Positions 24,327-36,263 of a stretch of DNA of 64,000 nucleotides are shown in pieces. Origin of the DNA: Schizosaccharomyces osmophilus (lineage: Eukaryota); contig NC_079238.1 in assembly GCF_027921745.1 (NCBI RefSeq), forward strand, positions 1 to 64,000, written 5' to 3'. The notes under the pieces are model-generated. The model was given only the letters and a program-made list of their open reading frames with translations. It did not search any database and was not told the origin of the DNA. The position numbers were made by a program, and so were the translations under genes. How positions within the stretch are numbered: the first letter of the stretch is position 1; every line of letters starts with the position of its first letter.

Positions 24327-24959
24327 CTACTCTTTTAGTATGTTGGTAAACATCTCTCCATCTTCCAATTCAGTTTTGTTGTGATCATTACGGAAACGCC
24401 ATAATTCTAAGTCACGGGCACTGTCTTTACATTCTTTATTCTTGATAAAGTTTCCACTTCTTATTAACCCTAATTTCGTGGTATAAGCCAGCCAGCAGTC
24501 GCAGATTAGACAAACAGCATCAGAAATAGCGGTCAGGGGCCCCTCGGTTTGACTTGGTTCTTCGCCAGAGCAGTTTCCTATATCAGTTGGCTCTAATATA
24601 GGGAACCCATATATTCTAAGATTATGTTTAGCAGAATTCTCCAAGTCACTTATGATATCTTTGTTGATGCCTGCTTCAGTAGGCCAAACGCTAACATGGT
24701 TGTTTTCTCCTTCAATTCGATAATTCCACTTGTTTGCCTGGTCACCTAACATGTCAATCACCGTACTAATAATAGCCCAAGTAACGGCTTGTATATCTAT
24801 GTGAGCATCGACTGCATCTCGTGATTTCTTATTTGGCAAGATATAATTGTCATAATCCCTGTTGTAATTCGAAATGGTATTATAATCTTCAATATCCATA
24901 GTGGGAACTGGTAAGCAAAGCAAAGGATGGGTGAAATTCGCTGATCGATCGTTGTCCAT
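24327..24959 (-). CDS. Intact intronless 210-aa protein; candidate homolog of the killer-plasmid (zymocin-type, pGKL1 ORF3-like) immunity protein
   Basis: Globular composition, ATG start, (TA)n just upstream; TWAIISTV-x14-I-x8-VWP...LRIYGF spacing matches the recalled ORF3 sequence (not searched). Confidence 0.6.
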   Translation of the reverse strand: MDNDRSANFTHPLLCLPVPTMDIEDYNTISNYNRDYDNYILPNKKSRDAVDAHIDIQAVTWAIISTVIDMLGDQANKWNYRIEGENNHVSVWPTEAGINKDIISDLENSAKHNLRIYGFPILEPTDIGNCSGEEPSQTEGPLTAISDAVCLICDCWLAYTTKLGLIRSGNFIKNKECKDSARDLELWRFRNDHNKTELEDGEMFTNILKE

Positions 24960-25489
24960 CGCGTGCAGCTATATATATATATATATATATAATATACATA
25001 GATGACTCACGAACCGTTATGACGCAAAGGCTATTTGAAACTCGGTAGTTCGGTCTTCAAAGCAATATCGAATTCAATCTCGCCTGTCTGATGTTCGCAA
25101 CCTGTAGCCCGTCAAATTTTATATTTCTGAAACAGGTTGAGTTCATCTAGAAAAGGAGTGTCAAAAGAATTGGCTCAGTTACTCGATGAGAACGGTTGGT
25201 CCACAAGTTTTGGATTACTTGCTTTCAAGAAGAGAGCCCATAATATTCCATATAACGGTTTAGTTTAGTCTTCTTTATTTTATATTTGTGTTTGAAGGTG
25301 TCAATTGTACATCATATTCAGACATGAATGAATGGTGGTGGTACTGTTTTATTCCTTGGTGGGCTTCTATAGTCTTAAAGTAGAGTTTGGCAATGTAGAC
25401 TAGAAAAGAAGGATTAAAATCACATTAAAACAATCAATTTCTTTTAAAATAAATACAATTTCATGACTAGGATTCATCAAAGATAGGAT

Positions 25490-25770
25490 GCCAATACCTT
25501 CGCTCCAAACGTCAGTCATGTTTTTGGAGTATATCGCCTGGACAACTTCAGTCAAGATACGAGGGTGAATGATGTTGCAGCCCAATTCAGAAAAAAAAGA
25601 TGGGAACAGTGATATTTTGGAGCTCATTTGTACGAGCAGCATAACCGGAAGCATACAAGTTCGAGTCACCATACCATTCATAGTAATTGTAACCCAAAAA
25701 GTCAGCCTCTGTAGCATTGTCCTGAGGAGTATTGGTAGCAATCTTGACAACCTCATTACCAGTAAAGGTC
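25490..25770 (-). pseudogene. Fragment of a GH72 1,3-beta-glucanosyltransferase (Gas family)
   Basis: [21 protein letters not shown], frameshift, [31 protein letters not shown]. Confidence 0.85.
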
Positions 25771-25881
25771 TACATTCATTTCTAAATTTTAAACTTTAAT
25801 AGCCGGTTTAGTAATCTCTTGCAATCTTTTCTTTTATTTTTTTTTTGAGACTTCAATGAATCCCTTTGCATAATTTAGGAA

Positions 25882-26205
25882 TTACAGATGGAAACCATCA
25901 GAAAGAGAAAATACAGGATACAAACAAATACCTGCGTTAGCTATCTTTATGAAAGGTATGTAACTTATGTCGTAACCTTCAAACTGCAAGTTGAATCTGG
26001 CCCAACTTTCTGAAGATTGGTCGTATCTAACTATGCAAGTAGTAAAAGTCATTCCAATTGCAGAAAACATTGCTAGAAACGTAATTCCAATTGCAGAAAA
26101 TATTGCTAGAAAAAAAATTATTATTTCCGCTTGACAAGCATTCTTATATCTATGAGATTCCATCTGATGAACACGTTTATAATTTAATAATAATAAATAA
26201 ATCAT
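25882..26205 (-). pseudogene. Remnant of a membrane-protein gene with a 33-bp tandem repeat; possibly related to 46027-46970
   Basis: FLAIFSAIGIT/FLAMFSAIGMT repeat; shares CCAATTGCAGAAAATAT with position ~46279. Confidence 0.4.
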
Positions 26206-27537
26206 GTCGAGCTTATGCGATCACTAAAAAAGAAAAGGAAATGAGAAGTCTCAGTCCAGTTTTAAATTCAGCTAATTCCGCTTTATACTAGCTAAATACT
26301 AGCTAAATCAAACTAGCTTCCCTTCTATATGTTCTATCGGAAACAAGTGGTTATTTCCAATTGGTGTCAGTTTATGCTGAAAGGACAAAAGTTCCCCCCT
26401 TTGTATTTTTTAGTAGTACATAAATCTCAAATAATAAAAACCTGGAAATGAATCAACTCCTACACAATGTCTGAGGTGAATCGTCTCGCTATTGTAGTTA
26501 TTCCAAAATCTTCATTTGATAATCGCCAAATTCTTAGGTAAATGATGATGCTAGATAGGTTTTTGATGAAAAAAGACTTCTGTTCCGTATATTCACTATA
26601 TCTACCTCTATCTCTATCTCTAACTCTAACTCTTTTTTGTCTTGTATCTCTTCCTTCTTCATCTAAAAAGGAAATGGTGTACACATAGAATTAAAATTCG
26701 CGACATATCTTTTCTTTTGTCCATCACTTTTAGCGACCGGAAAATAATCTACCTTAAAATTGTGATGTCTCTGGCCGAACTTTGTAAATCTTTAAAAGGT
26801 ATGCAATTGTGTCTTCAACATAACTTGCAATTATGATATATGGATGTAGTTTTACACTTGATGATCCGTTTTCAAAAGGTAAAGGTGAGTAGGCTCAGGT
26901 GAAAATACATTTCTATCTAGACTTTTGGTTTTATCAATGTGATGTATTCACTCTGAAAAATAGATGCAAGTTTGTCATTATTTGCTGCACACTTTGGCAA
27001 GAACACCAAAAAATATCTCTGCGAAACTACCAAAATATAAAGAAAAACAAAAAAAAAAAAAGAAAAAAATAAATAAAACAAACTGAAAGTTCAAAATTTA
27101 AAAATAAATATAGTTAAAACACGAAGCAAATTACTCAAAAACAAACGCAAGGAAGAATGGAATGCGGTGAAGAAGTAGCGAAACGTGATTAAAAAGAAAA
27201 GCTATACTCTGCTGAAAGTGAAAAAAGGAAAAGCGCAATATGTAAGAAAATCAAAAGTATTAAATAGGAAAGAAACTTACACAAAAAGCAAAAAAAAAAG
27301 GAGGAAATGAGAAATAATTTCCAAGAACAGAATCACCACTTTTCCGTCATCAATAATAATAAATATCGATAGGAGACAGAGGAGGGGTAAGAGGGACAAA
27401 ATGTTTTTAAAAAATAGTAGCAAATACTTTCTGAAGAAAACGTTACTCAGAATGCATTCTAGGAAAACCCATCTTTCAAACAACCAGTGATGAACTGCAT
27501 TTGCTAAAAAAAAATGTATCATCTTTTCAAGTTGAGT

Positions 27538-27656
27538 GTCTACGGCCATACCTAGGCGAAAACACCAGTTCCCGTCCGATCACTGCAGTTAAGCGTCTGA
27601 GGGCCTCGTTAGTACTATGGTTGGAGACAACATGGGAATCCGGGGTGCTGTAGGCT
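27538..27656 (+). rRNA. 5S rRNA gene
   Basis: GTCTACGGCCATACCTAGGCG...GTAGGCT plus T-run. Confidence 0.97.
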
Positions 27657-27875
27657 TTTTTCTTTTTCTATTCCTTCTTTATTTTCTCTAAATATTCTTG
27701 TTTTTTGATGATTTGTTAGCGGAAACGTAAACAAGAGCTAGCAGTTGAAATCAATCTCATTATTGTATTTGATTTGACATAAAATAATAATGAATCACCA
27801 CACTCAAACGCATAATTCGGTTGAAAAAGGATACCTTTATGCAAAGCTTACCAGCAAGTCAGAGGTTCCATTTAT

Positions 27876-28566
27876 TTATTGGTGATAAACTCGATCTCGT
27901 TCATTCAAGGTGGCAGCAACAGCAGGACGCTCAGTAAGGCCCTTATGTCACGCGTACGTATTAGGGAATTCTTTCTCAAATTCCAACTGTGGCATATCTT
28001 TCTTGAATTTGAATTTACCTCCCGCAAAGAGAAATGGTAGGAAAACGTTCCAGTTTACAAATGACAAGTCGGCAATGGTACACTTGCTAGCAACAAGGTA
28101 TTCCTTGTCTTGAAGAATGGTTTCCAAAACACCGAGCACACGCTTTATTTTGTTTCTGTATCTAGTAACGGCCGACGCAACAGGTTTCTGGATGAAAAAG
28201 GTTAAACCAGCCTGCTTGTCCCCAAATGACACCCTGGCCTGAAGACTGAAAAAAAAGATACTGAAGCAGATGATGGTACTCAGGATGATCATGAGGCAAC
28301 GAAATCTTTCTTTCCTTGTCAAACCAGTCTGTCAAGTATGTCAAAATAGCATCAGATTCCCAAATCGTATAATCATTGTTTTGATAATCGATTAATGTAG
28401 GGACTCTACCATTAGGGTTGTAAGCAAGATGTTCTTCGTTCTTTTGCTCATTGTTAAATAAATCGTAAAGTACGGTTTTGAATGAAATATTTTATTCTTT
28501 CAAAGCGATGACAAATTTCCAAGGATTTGGACCTCCTCTGCAAGAAAAGAGAGTAATCTGTGTCAT
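27876..28566 (-). pseudogene. Glutathione S-transferase pseudogene, paralog of 53594-54310
   Basis: MTQITLFSCRGGPNPWK..KE*, YNPNGRVPTL, YLFFQSSGQG; stops and frameshifts. Confidence 0.9.
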
Positions 28567-28885
28567 TTTCCTGAGAACGTTGTTCAATGTAAATAGCAAG
28601 TTGCCTTCCTTATATATTACTTTTTCTTACTATCTGTATTCATGTTTGCTGACTAAAAAGACGGTGTTATAAGCACGGCGTATTTTTGATATACTGAGGG
28701 GTGAGAAAAATCGACATATTTGAGGTACTGACATGGTACAACACATGATTAATTCTAGCTGATAATACAACAGACAAACATGTGTTTACAGTTTTTTTCT
28801 TTAACTGAAACTTATCTATAGCCGACTATTCATTTGTATTATTCTAGATCTACAGTCTAAACTATAGAATCCAGAATCAAAACAT

Positions 28886-29917
28886 CTAATTTGATGAAGC
28901 AACAACCTTGCCATAACCTTTAAACGGACCCGTCTCTTGCATAATCAAAGGGATTTCATCCTCGGCCAGCGAAGCCAAAGTATTCTTCTCCTTAGGCTCC
29001 CACCCCAACTTCCGTAATCGATTTGCCTTGTTTCGCGAGTTCGACCCGACCACAGGTTCCGACCACTTCCCAAAAAGATCTCCGTAGTTACTGACAGGAA
29101 TAGTTCGGGGAGTAGAACTCTCAATCTTACCCGCCTCGTAAAGTACACGTCCAATTTCCGCTACACAATCATTCCACGACAACTCGTTACCGTTTTCACA
29201 GAACCAATATGGGTTCGGGAGGACCTCCTCAGCAGGAGTCCGCTCCAACCAATCTAGGAGTGTCAGATACCCTCGTGCCAGGTCCTTAACATGAATCTGA
29301 CTCCAGACTGACCGGCCGTCTCCGATCTGGCCTGCGTAGCCGTGCTTCAATGCGTACCGGACTAAGGTCGGGAGCTGGATAGACGATCTGCCAGCGGGAC
29401 CGACGCCGTAAATGATTGGGGGCATCAAAATGGCAATTTTAGCGTGCCTGCCGAGGATCTCCCGTCGACGTACAATCGCTAGGTCTATGGTGCGATGCGG
29501 CGCGGAATCAGGGAGTGCGTCGATGTCTTCAGGTTTGTCGTCTTCAAAAACCATATCGCTCTTAAACGCTCCAGCGCTATTGTCGCTTAGGATGCTTGCA
29601 CCGCTTGTGTGGATGTAAATCGTTTGCAGGTTGTTTTTAGCACGCTCCTCCAGCCCGTCGAGGACGGCTTCTGCGGATGCTAAGTGGTCGGCTGTTGCCG
29701 TATGGAAAACAATATCGCTGACAGACACTTGTTTCTGAATGACGGATCTATCGTCCAGAGATCCGATTACAGTCTTAATACCCTGGGCGTGGAATTCGGC
29801 GGCCGTGGATTCCCGGCGAGTCAAGGTTGTTACATGGTAATTTCTTTGCAAGAGGAATTCCAATATCTGGCCGCCAATATAGCTTGGACCAAGGAGGAAA
29901 ACAGATTTCTCAGATAT
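28886..29917 (-). pseudogene. NAD(P)-dependent epimerase/dehydratase-like SDR; open frame but start codon appears mutated to ATA
   Basis: Frame extends to (I)SEKSVFLLGPSYIGGQIL; YIHTSG, PPIIYG, WSQIHVKDLARGY, LGWEP motifs; no upstream in-frame ATG. Confidence 0.75.
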
Positions 29918-30233
29918 TATTATGATAGTCGTTGGATCGGGTTGTTTAGGTAATAGGACTATAGGGTAATCAATACCTTGGAATCACATCCTGGTGAATC
30001 TGTGCAATATATATAGAGCAAATACCGATTCTTTTAAACCTTAGTAATCAACTTCCACGTGCACCAGATTGTGTCAGTAGTGGTGTAAGCACCGGATAAG
30101 CACATTGACTAACTAACTTTATAGCAACTTATCATTTGACACCGCTGCTACGTAATCTTCTGCACCGAGTAACTAAAGTAATCCACCACCGAGCATGCAC
30201 GGATGTATTGTACTATACAAATCTCATAATATC

Positions 30234-30504
30234 ATGGAGTAGGTAAGTAAGCAAGCAAGCACGCACAAACAAATCACTAACACTTTTTAGCATTTGGACC
30301 GAATTTGATGCTGATGCCCTCGATCCCGTAATGATGAGGTGCTATAATTCGTTTGCTTACGGGCTGTTTTTTTCACATGCTAGATATGACCACTTCCCAT
30401 ATGATGAATTGCGTCCTATTACCTCCTTAGAGGACGCGTTAGCTAATCCAGATTCGCTACCTGAGTTCGTTCGAAATTTACCTCTGGGCCGCAGTTCAGA
30501 CTAG
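30234..30504 (+). CDS. Putative 72-aa spliced microprotein (intron 30239-30290)
   Basis: ATG GA|GTAGGT...CACTAAC...TTTTAG|C ATT TGG gives MDIWTEFDADALDPVMMRCYNSF...GRSSD*. Confidence 0.5.
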
Positions 30505-30552
30505 AACTGCACATCAATCTGGAATAGTAAACGAGGACAATTCATGTGTTTA

Positions 30553-30879
30553 TGTCACAAGAAAAAGGTGCAGTAGTAACGAGCAGTTTATGGCGCCCTC
30601 AGATGCATGTCAAGATGACTTGAAGAATTCGTTTTATGCCTGCCAAGCTAATAATCCGACATACAATAAGCAGTTAATCATTAATGTTTGGCTCCACCAT
30701 CATTGTGAGAAAAGTAATGACATACTGAGTATGTTTCGACTTGTCTCAAATCTCTGGACATATTACTATCCTTGTCCATAGTACTTAAGCTTCCAATTCC
30801 AATAGACAATTTTGAAATTGTAATTTTTATTTCCACCGGATATTTATTCTCATAACCCTTGAGAATTACTAATGTGACA
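30553..30879. mobile_element. Diverged LTR-like remnant
   Basis: TGTCAC start; end TATTCTCATAAC..GAGA..TGTGACA resembles the family terminus; further TGTCACAG stubs at 30882-30897. Confidence 0.45.
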
Positions 30880-30911
30880 ATTGTCACAGTGTCACAGACT
30901 GTCAAGGCCGA

Positions 30912-31312
30912 TGTCATAACCGGTATACGATATTACTAATATTCTGATACAATAAATGTATTGTATTATCAAATACGTTATTACAAAAACTAAATGTTCA
31001 TTTTTGCGATTAAATATTTTGTAAATCTAGAACTAAAGTTATTTAGAAGCTGACTAATTCTAGAAAGATATATATGTATACCTCTAGTTGAGAGCTCCAA
31101 TCTTCAGATTGGAAGATTTGACTGATCTAGCTAAATAAATTGTCATTACAACTTTGTTAAATGAATCAGATCCCTGGAAGCTATTGCTATTCAATCTAAG
31201 TAGTATCACGGCATCCAACTTAAGTCAAACATACAATTTACTGAATTGTTATTACATACATCTTTTCCACTGAATACTTATTCTCATAACGAGTGAGACT
31301 TCGTCTGTGACA
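30912..31312 (-). mobile_element. Solo LTR
   Basis: TGTCATAACCGG...CTGTGACA, followed by an extra TTATGACA terminus. Confidence 0.9.
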
Positions 31313-32568
31313 TTATGACAGTAATTAGAGTAGTAGTTTTTATTGAGCATTTGCTTGTTTTTCAAAACATGTTTGTCGTTGAATGACTCTGTTTCCTAAC
31401 AGCAGATGAAAGTCAGAAAATGCACTTCATAGGTGTTTTTTTTTTTTTTCGTAAAATTTTTTTTGGGAAATAAATGTTGAAATATTCGAACGTTGATATA
31501 ACGCCTAAACAAACAATACAAAAGTAGTAAAATTGAGTTCGTGTGTTTTCCACTTTTGACATTTCATTTTTTATTACAGTTTTATTTTATTCTACTTCAC
31601 TTCATCCTATTTAATTGTTTCATAAGGTTTCCATTTACTATTTACTTTTGCGTTTTGTCTTTTACATATTTGCTTCCTTGTGTAGTTAGTAAGTGCTAGT
31701 AGTCGACTACTACTAGACAAAACTATGTTTTTCCTCCTCTGCCCTGTCGTATCCTGACCTTGGCAGTTATGTTGTGAATCAAATAAATATTCAAGCGCGA
31801 TAAGTATTTACCGAGCGAGAATGATGATATAAATGTACCTTGAATGCTCCATCTGGACGATAGAATTCTATGGAGAGAGACAGAGATAGAGAAAAAGGAA
31901 GAGTGGGCACTTGTAATATCCAGGAGGATGTGATCACTTTGAATTGCCCGTGTCCGCCGGAAGCATCCGCATTCATTTCCTAGTAAAAAATCAAATCTCC
32001 AAAAGATCCTATTTTGTAATGTAACTGGACACGCACAATGATCGTCGTGAACCATTCTTTTTGCATGCACCTGCTTGCTCAAACATAAAATCAGATCCAA
32101 ATACAAGAGATGCTGGAGCTGGGATACGGATCCTACACGAAGGGAATGTGGTTTCTTGAGATAGATAAAAAAGCAAACAAATAAACAGTCTACGCTCGGT
32201 TAGAATAGTGTCTTTTCGCCAACGTGAATTGAGTTGTTTTAAAGTATCGTCTACGCTCATAGCCGACGAAAGGTATAATGAAGTAGAGCGACTCATTCTA
32301 CGTAAGCCATCCATAAACTCTCAGAAAATACACAAAAGAAATATACCTTCCTATGGACAAAGCGGTTGTTGATCAGATGGAATCCCGATTAAGAAAAGGA
32401 GTAAAATAGACAAAAAAATTTAGACTACCATTCAACAAGTGTGTTTTTATATTTACAAACTTAGTATAAACACAATATGTATTGATTGAATATGTATTCA
32501 TATGTGCTCGAGCGATTAAAAAAGGACATGCAATATGATGAAAAATTGCAACCAAGGTAACTCACTAT

Positions 32569-33075
32569 TTAAGGAATAATAAGCTCGGTAGCAACACCAA
32601 CGCAGTCGTTAGTGTTATTCCCTTTGCCATAGTAGATTTGATAAACTTCATCGGTGTTGGGAACATGGCATGCGACTGGGAAAGCGTTGTTGAATCGGAA
32701 TTCGTAGCCGATGCCGGTAATTTGCTTAGTTTTAAAACCGGTCAAAGGAGAGTTACCAGAGGAATTAAACTTAAAGACTAGAGCTCCATCCTTCTCGAGG
32801 AAAGCAGTCTCATTTTTGTGAAATAATTGAGTGTCTTTCAGGTAAAACTCATTTACTTGATCAGCTTGATCATATGGAGTCAAATAAACATGTCCTGACT
32901 TGCCAACAAAGAAAGGATGAAGGTGGACATTGAAATTACCAGAGTGAAGACTCATGATGCCGAATTTTTTCTTAAACGACAACTCATGCTTAGTAGTAGT
33001 GGGCACTGGAGAACCAAAGACACTGGTGGCACTAAGAACAGAAACCAAGAGGGCAGCAGATAGGGAAAACTTCAT
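32569..33075 (-). CDS. Small secreted cell-wall protein (Cwp1/PhiA/But2-N-like), 168 aa
   Basis: MKFSLSAALL signal peptide, FGIMSLHSG, PVAC..C. Confidence 0.85.
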   Translation of the reverse strand: MKFSLSAALLVSVLSATSVFGSPVPTTTKHELSFKKKFGIMSLHSGNFNVHLHPFFVGKSGHVYLTPYDQADQVNEFYLKDTQLFHKNETAFLEKDGALVFKFNSSGNSPLTGFKTKQITGIGYEFRFNNAFPVACHVPNTDEVYQIYYGKGNNTNDCVGVATELIIP

Positions 33076-33828
33076 TTTAACACTACTGTTAAAATGATAT
33101 AGACACTGATGTGATAATTCAAAAACAAAAAGGTGCAACAAACCACACTACAAACTGAATCAAAAAAGCCAAGTATACGATACTTCCAAGCAAAAGATTT
33201 CCCGACTCTATATATATATACCAATTGCACCAAGACGCATGGATCGTTTGAGAAAATAGGACTGCTAAAGACACAATAATCTCGGAAATAACGAAACAAA
33301 CTTTAACAAATATAAGCAACGAACCAACGTTGACTTTGCAGATAGTTCAAAGTAGATAGAACCTACAAGTCCGACATTGCAGTCGGGGCTAGGAAAATGA
33401 AATAACCCAAAGAAGGAAGAAGGGACAGATTGATAATGCACTTCGTCATCTGAGGAGCTGAAATGATATGCCTCCTGTCATTCATTCATAGCAACAATCT
33501 GGAAAGCTTTGGTGGTTTCTGTCTCTTTCTTTTGTTCTCAACAACACGACCATTGTATAGTGTAAAATCGATCTGGTTTTCACTTGCCCAAAGACAGACA
33601 GACAATGAAGATGAAAAGTAAAATAGTTAAATAGTAAAATAGTAAAAGAAGAAACCACTTTGTTTTTTTAAACAAGTATTTTGTTTTGTCATCAATTAGT
33701 CAGCTGAAGCAATTGTTGTTTACGTGAACCCACCACCCCTTGTGTCATTTGACTTTTAGTCATCAGCAAAAAAGTATAAATATGTCCAACATATCGCTAG
33801 TAGACACTACCAACTAAGAGAAATAAAA

Positions 33829-35040
33829 ATGACAAACACTTTTGAAGCAATTGTTACAGGTGCGACTGGCATTAATGGTGCTGCCATCATCAACCGACTT
33901 TTAAATGAACCCAAATGCTCCAAGATTCACTGTGTTTCTCGCAGTCTGAAAGAAGAGTATCCCAGCAAAGTTAAACACTATTCAATTGATTTAATTACTT
34001 CAAATCCTGAACAGATTGCAGCGACTTTCCAAAAAGAGGGAGTTACAAACATTACATATGCCTTCCACACTGCCTACAAAGAGGAATCAGAGGAAGGTGA
34101 AGCGTGCAAGACCAATGGAGCAATGTTGAGAAACTTTGTAATTGGTCTTGAAAAAAGCAATAACAAGACTCTAAAGAGAGTTGTTTTAACGACTGGTTTA
34201 AAGTACTACGGACCCCAATTCGGTGAAGTAAGACTTCCCATGGAAGAGTCAGATCGCCGTGTGCCTGAAAGCTTTTCAGGTTTGCCCAATTTCTACTACA
34301 TTCAAGAAGACATCCTTAAAGAATTGAGTGCTAATAAGCCTTGGGACTATGTGATTGCTATGCCCAGTGACATCTGTGGTGTTTCTCAAGGAGGTTACAT
34401 GAATCAAGCATTCACAATTGCACTGTATGCTGTCATCTGTAAAGAATTGGACGAACCATTCTATTTCCCGGGAAATGAAAAGATCTATAAAGGGCTTAAT
34501 GATATTTCCTACTCAGGTTTGATCGCCGACTTTGAAGTATGGGCCGCTCAAAAACCAGAAACTAGCAATGAACGATTCAATATTGTAAACGGTGACTCTC
34601 ACAGCTGGTCAAGAACTTGGCCAAAGATTGCTGACTACTTTGGCTTAAAAGTTCCTAAAAATCAATTTGACAACTGGTCTTCTTTGAGCAACAAAATTAC
34701 CTTGCCCACACCTCCACCTATCAGGTTATACCAAGAGGAAATGGGCATTAAGGATATCCCAAATACTGAATTTATCAACCATGTTTCTTTTCCCAAGTGG
34801 ATCCAGCAAGATAAAGTGAAGAAGGCATGGAACCAGATTGCTGAACGCGAACACTTAGATCCTAATCTTTTAGACACTGGTACATGGGCCTTTTGCGATT
34901 TTACGGTAGGCAGAACCTATTATGTGGCTGCATCCATGATTAAGGCTCGTCAATTCGGCTATCATGGATACTATGATACATTTCAAGGATTTCAAAAGAC
35001 ATTCGATACTTTAAAACGTGGAAAAGTCATTCCTTCTTAA
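33829..35040 (+). CDS. PRISE/VEP1 (progesterone 5-beta-reductase-like) short-chain dehydrogenase
   Basis: VTGATGING, NGAML, TGLKYYG, PNFYYIQED, FNIVNGD, KARQFG. Confidence 0.92.
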   Translation: MTNTFEAIVTGATGINGAAIINRLLNEPKCSKIHCVSRSLKEEYPSKVKHYSIDLITSNPEQIAATFQKEGVTNITYAFHTAYKEESEEGEACKTNGAMLRNFVIGLEKSNNKTLKRVVLTTGLKYYGPQFGEVRLPMEESDRRVPESFSGLPNFYYIQEDILKELSANKPWDYVIAMPSDICGVSQGGYMNQAFTIALYAVICKELDEPFYFPGNEKIYKGLNDISYSGLIADFEVWAAQKPETSNERFNIVNGDSHSWSRTWPKIADYFGLKVPKNQFDNWSSLSNKITLPTPPPIRLYQEEMGIKDIPNTEFINHVSFPKWIQQDKVKKAWNQIAEREHLDPNLLDTGTWAFCDFTVGRTYYVAASMIKARQFGYHGYYDTFQGFQKTFDTLKRGKVIPS

Positions 35041-36263
35041 TGAATAGACAGTTTAGTTTTACGATAAATATTTTCATGATATCCATGATTTCGACAAATA
35101 AATCGTTCATCGGACGATTTCAGCGTAGCATAAGCAAAGTAAAATAAGGTAAAGCAAAAATGAATTCAAATCAAATCAACATAAAGCTAAATCGTTATTA
35201 CCAAGCTTAGAATACGAACCAAACCTCCACTTACATTGTATCATCCTTTGCTTCCTAATGCTATTCAGAATGGATATGCAACTCTATTCTTCTAAACATT
35301 CGAAACGAAATCATTCGTGACTATCTATGATGTATTATATTAGCCTGACCAAGTTTTTCTTAGTTTGATATTTGCTAGCGGTTGTTACCTAAACCTTCCT
35401 TCTGGTTTGTTTATTGTTACCTGTATTTCTTCGAAGAGTTCTCTTAGTCCATCGACAAAGTGATGGAAAGTTTTCTCTGGCATTCTGTACATGTTTGGCT
35501 TGGTTGTTTATGCAGATGGGCTTTATCCATATAACTCGTAGCATTTTTAAAATTTCTGTCCTCGTTGATCATAAAAGTCATCGCGCTGGCATCAAAAAAA
35601 CAAGGAAAAAAGATAAAAAAATATCCCATGATTACTGTTTCGGCAATTGAAACAGCTTCTGGATTCTTATTAAGTAATTACTATTATGCAACAATACGCC
35701 AATGCGACTATTATGCGATCCCTTATAAATTCTCGGAAAAATTTTTCTATCTTGAGGCCATTGAAGAACTTTTCACACATTTTTGTTTTTAATCTTGTCC
35801 CAACGATTAACCTGCTCCTATTCACCTCTTAATAAATCACTACCGAGACGCCCACCATTGAGCGCTTTCTATATCCACTTGGGTTACTTGATAATTGTCG
35901 GCGATGAAACAAAAGTGGCTTCCAATTGATCTGAGACACTGGCAATGCCTGTCTTGTTTGACGAGATTACCGGAATAAACTTCTCGGCAAAGCGACAATA
36001 AGTTGCGTGTAAGGCATTGCAAAAACAACGGGGTTCTGGAACCATCTTGTGTTATGCTTCGGTTCTTATTTTTCCCCCTTTTTTTTTTTTTTTGGTGGAT
36101 CTCTTGTAACTGTCTAGTTTGACTGGATGAGTAACGAAATATTTTATTGCGATTTATTTATTCTGTATATACATATGTATATATATACACCCACCCAACT
36201 ATATGAATATCGACAATGTAGTGTTTAGAGCTAAGACTAAGACACTAAAAAAGCATTTTTGAT

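Noticed and set aside
31720..32410. Coding-like composition suggesting a decayed gene
   Set aside because: Many stops in all frames and no recognisable family; cannot be supported without a search.
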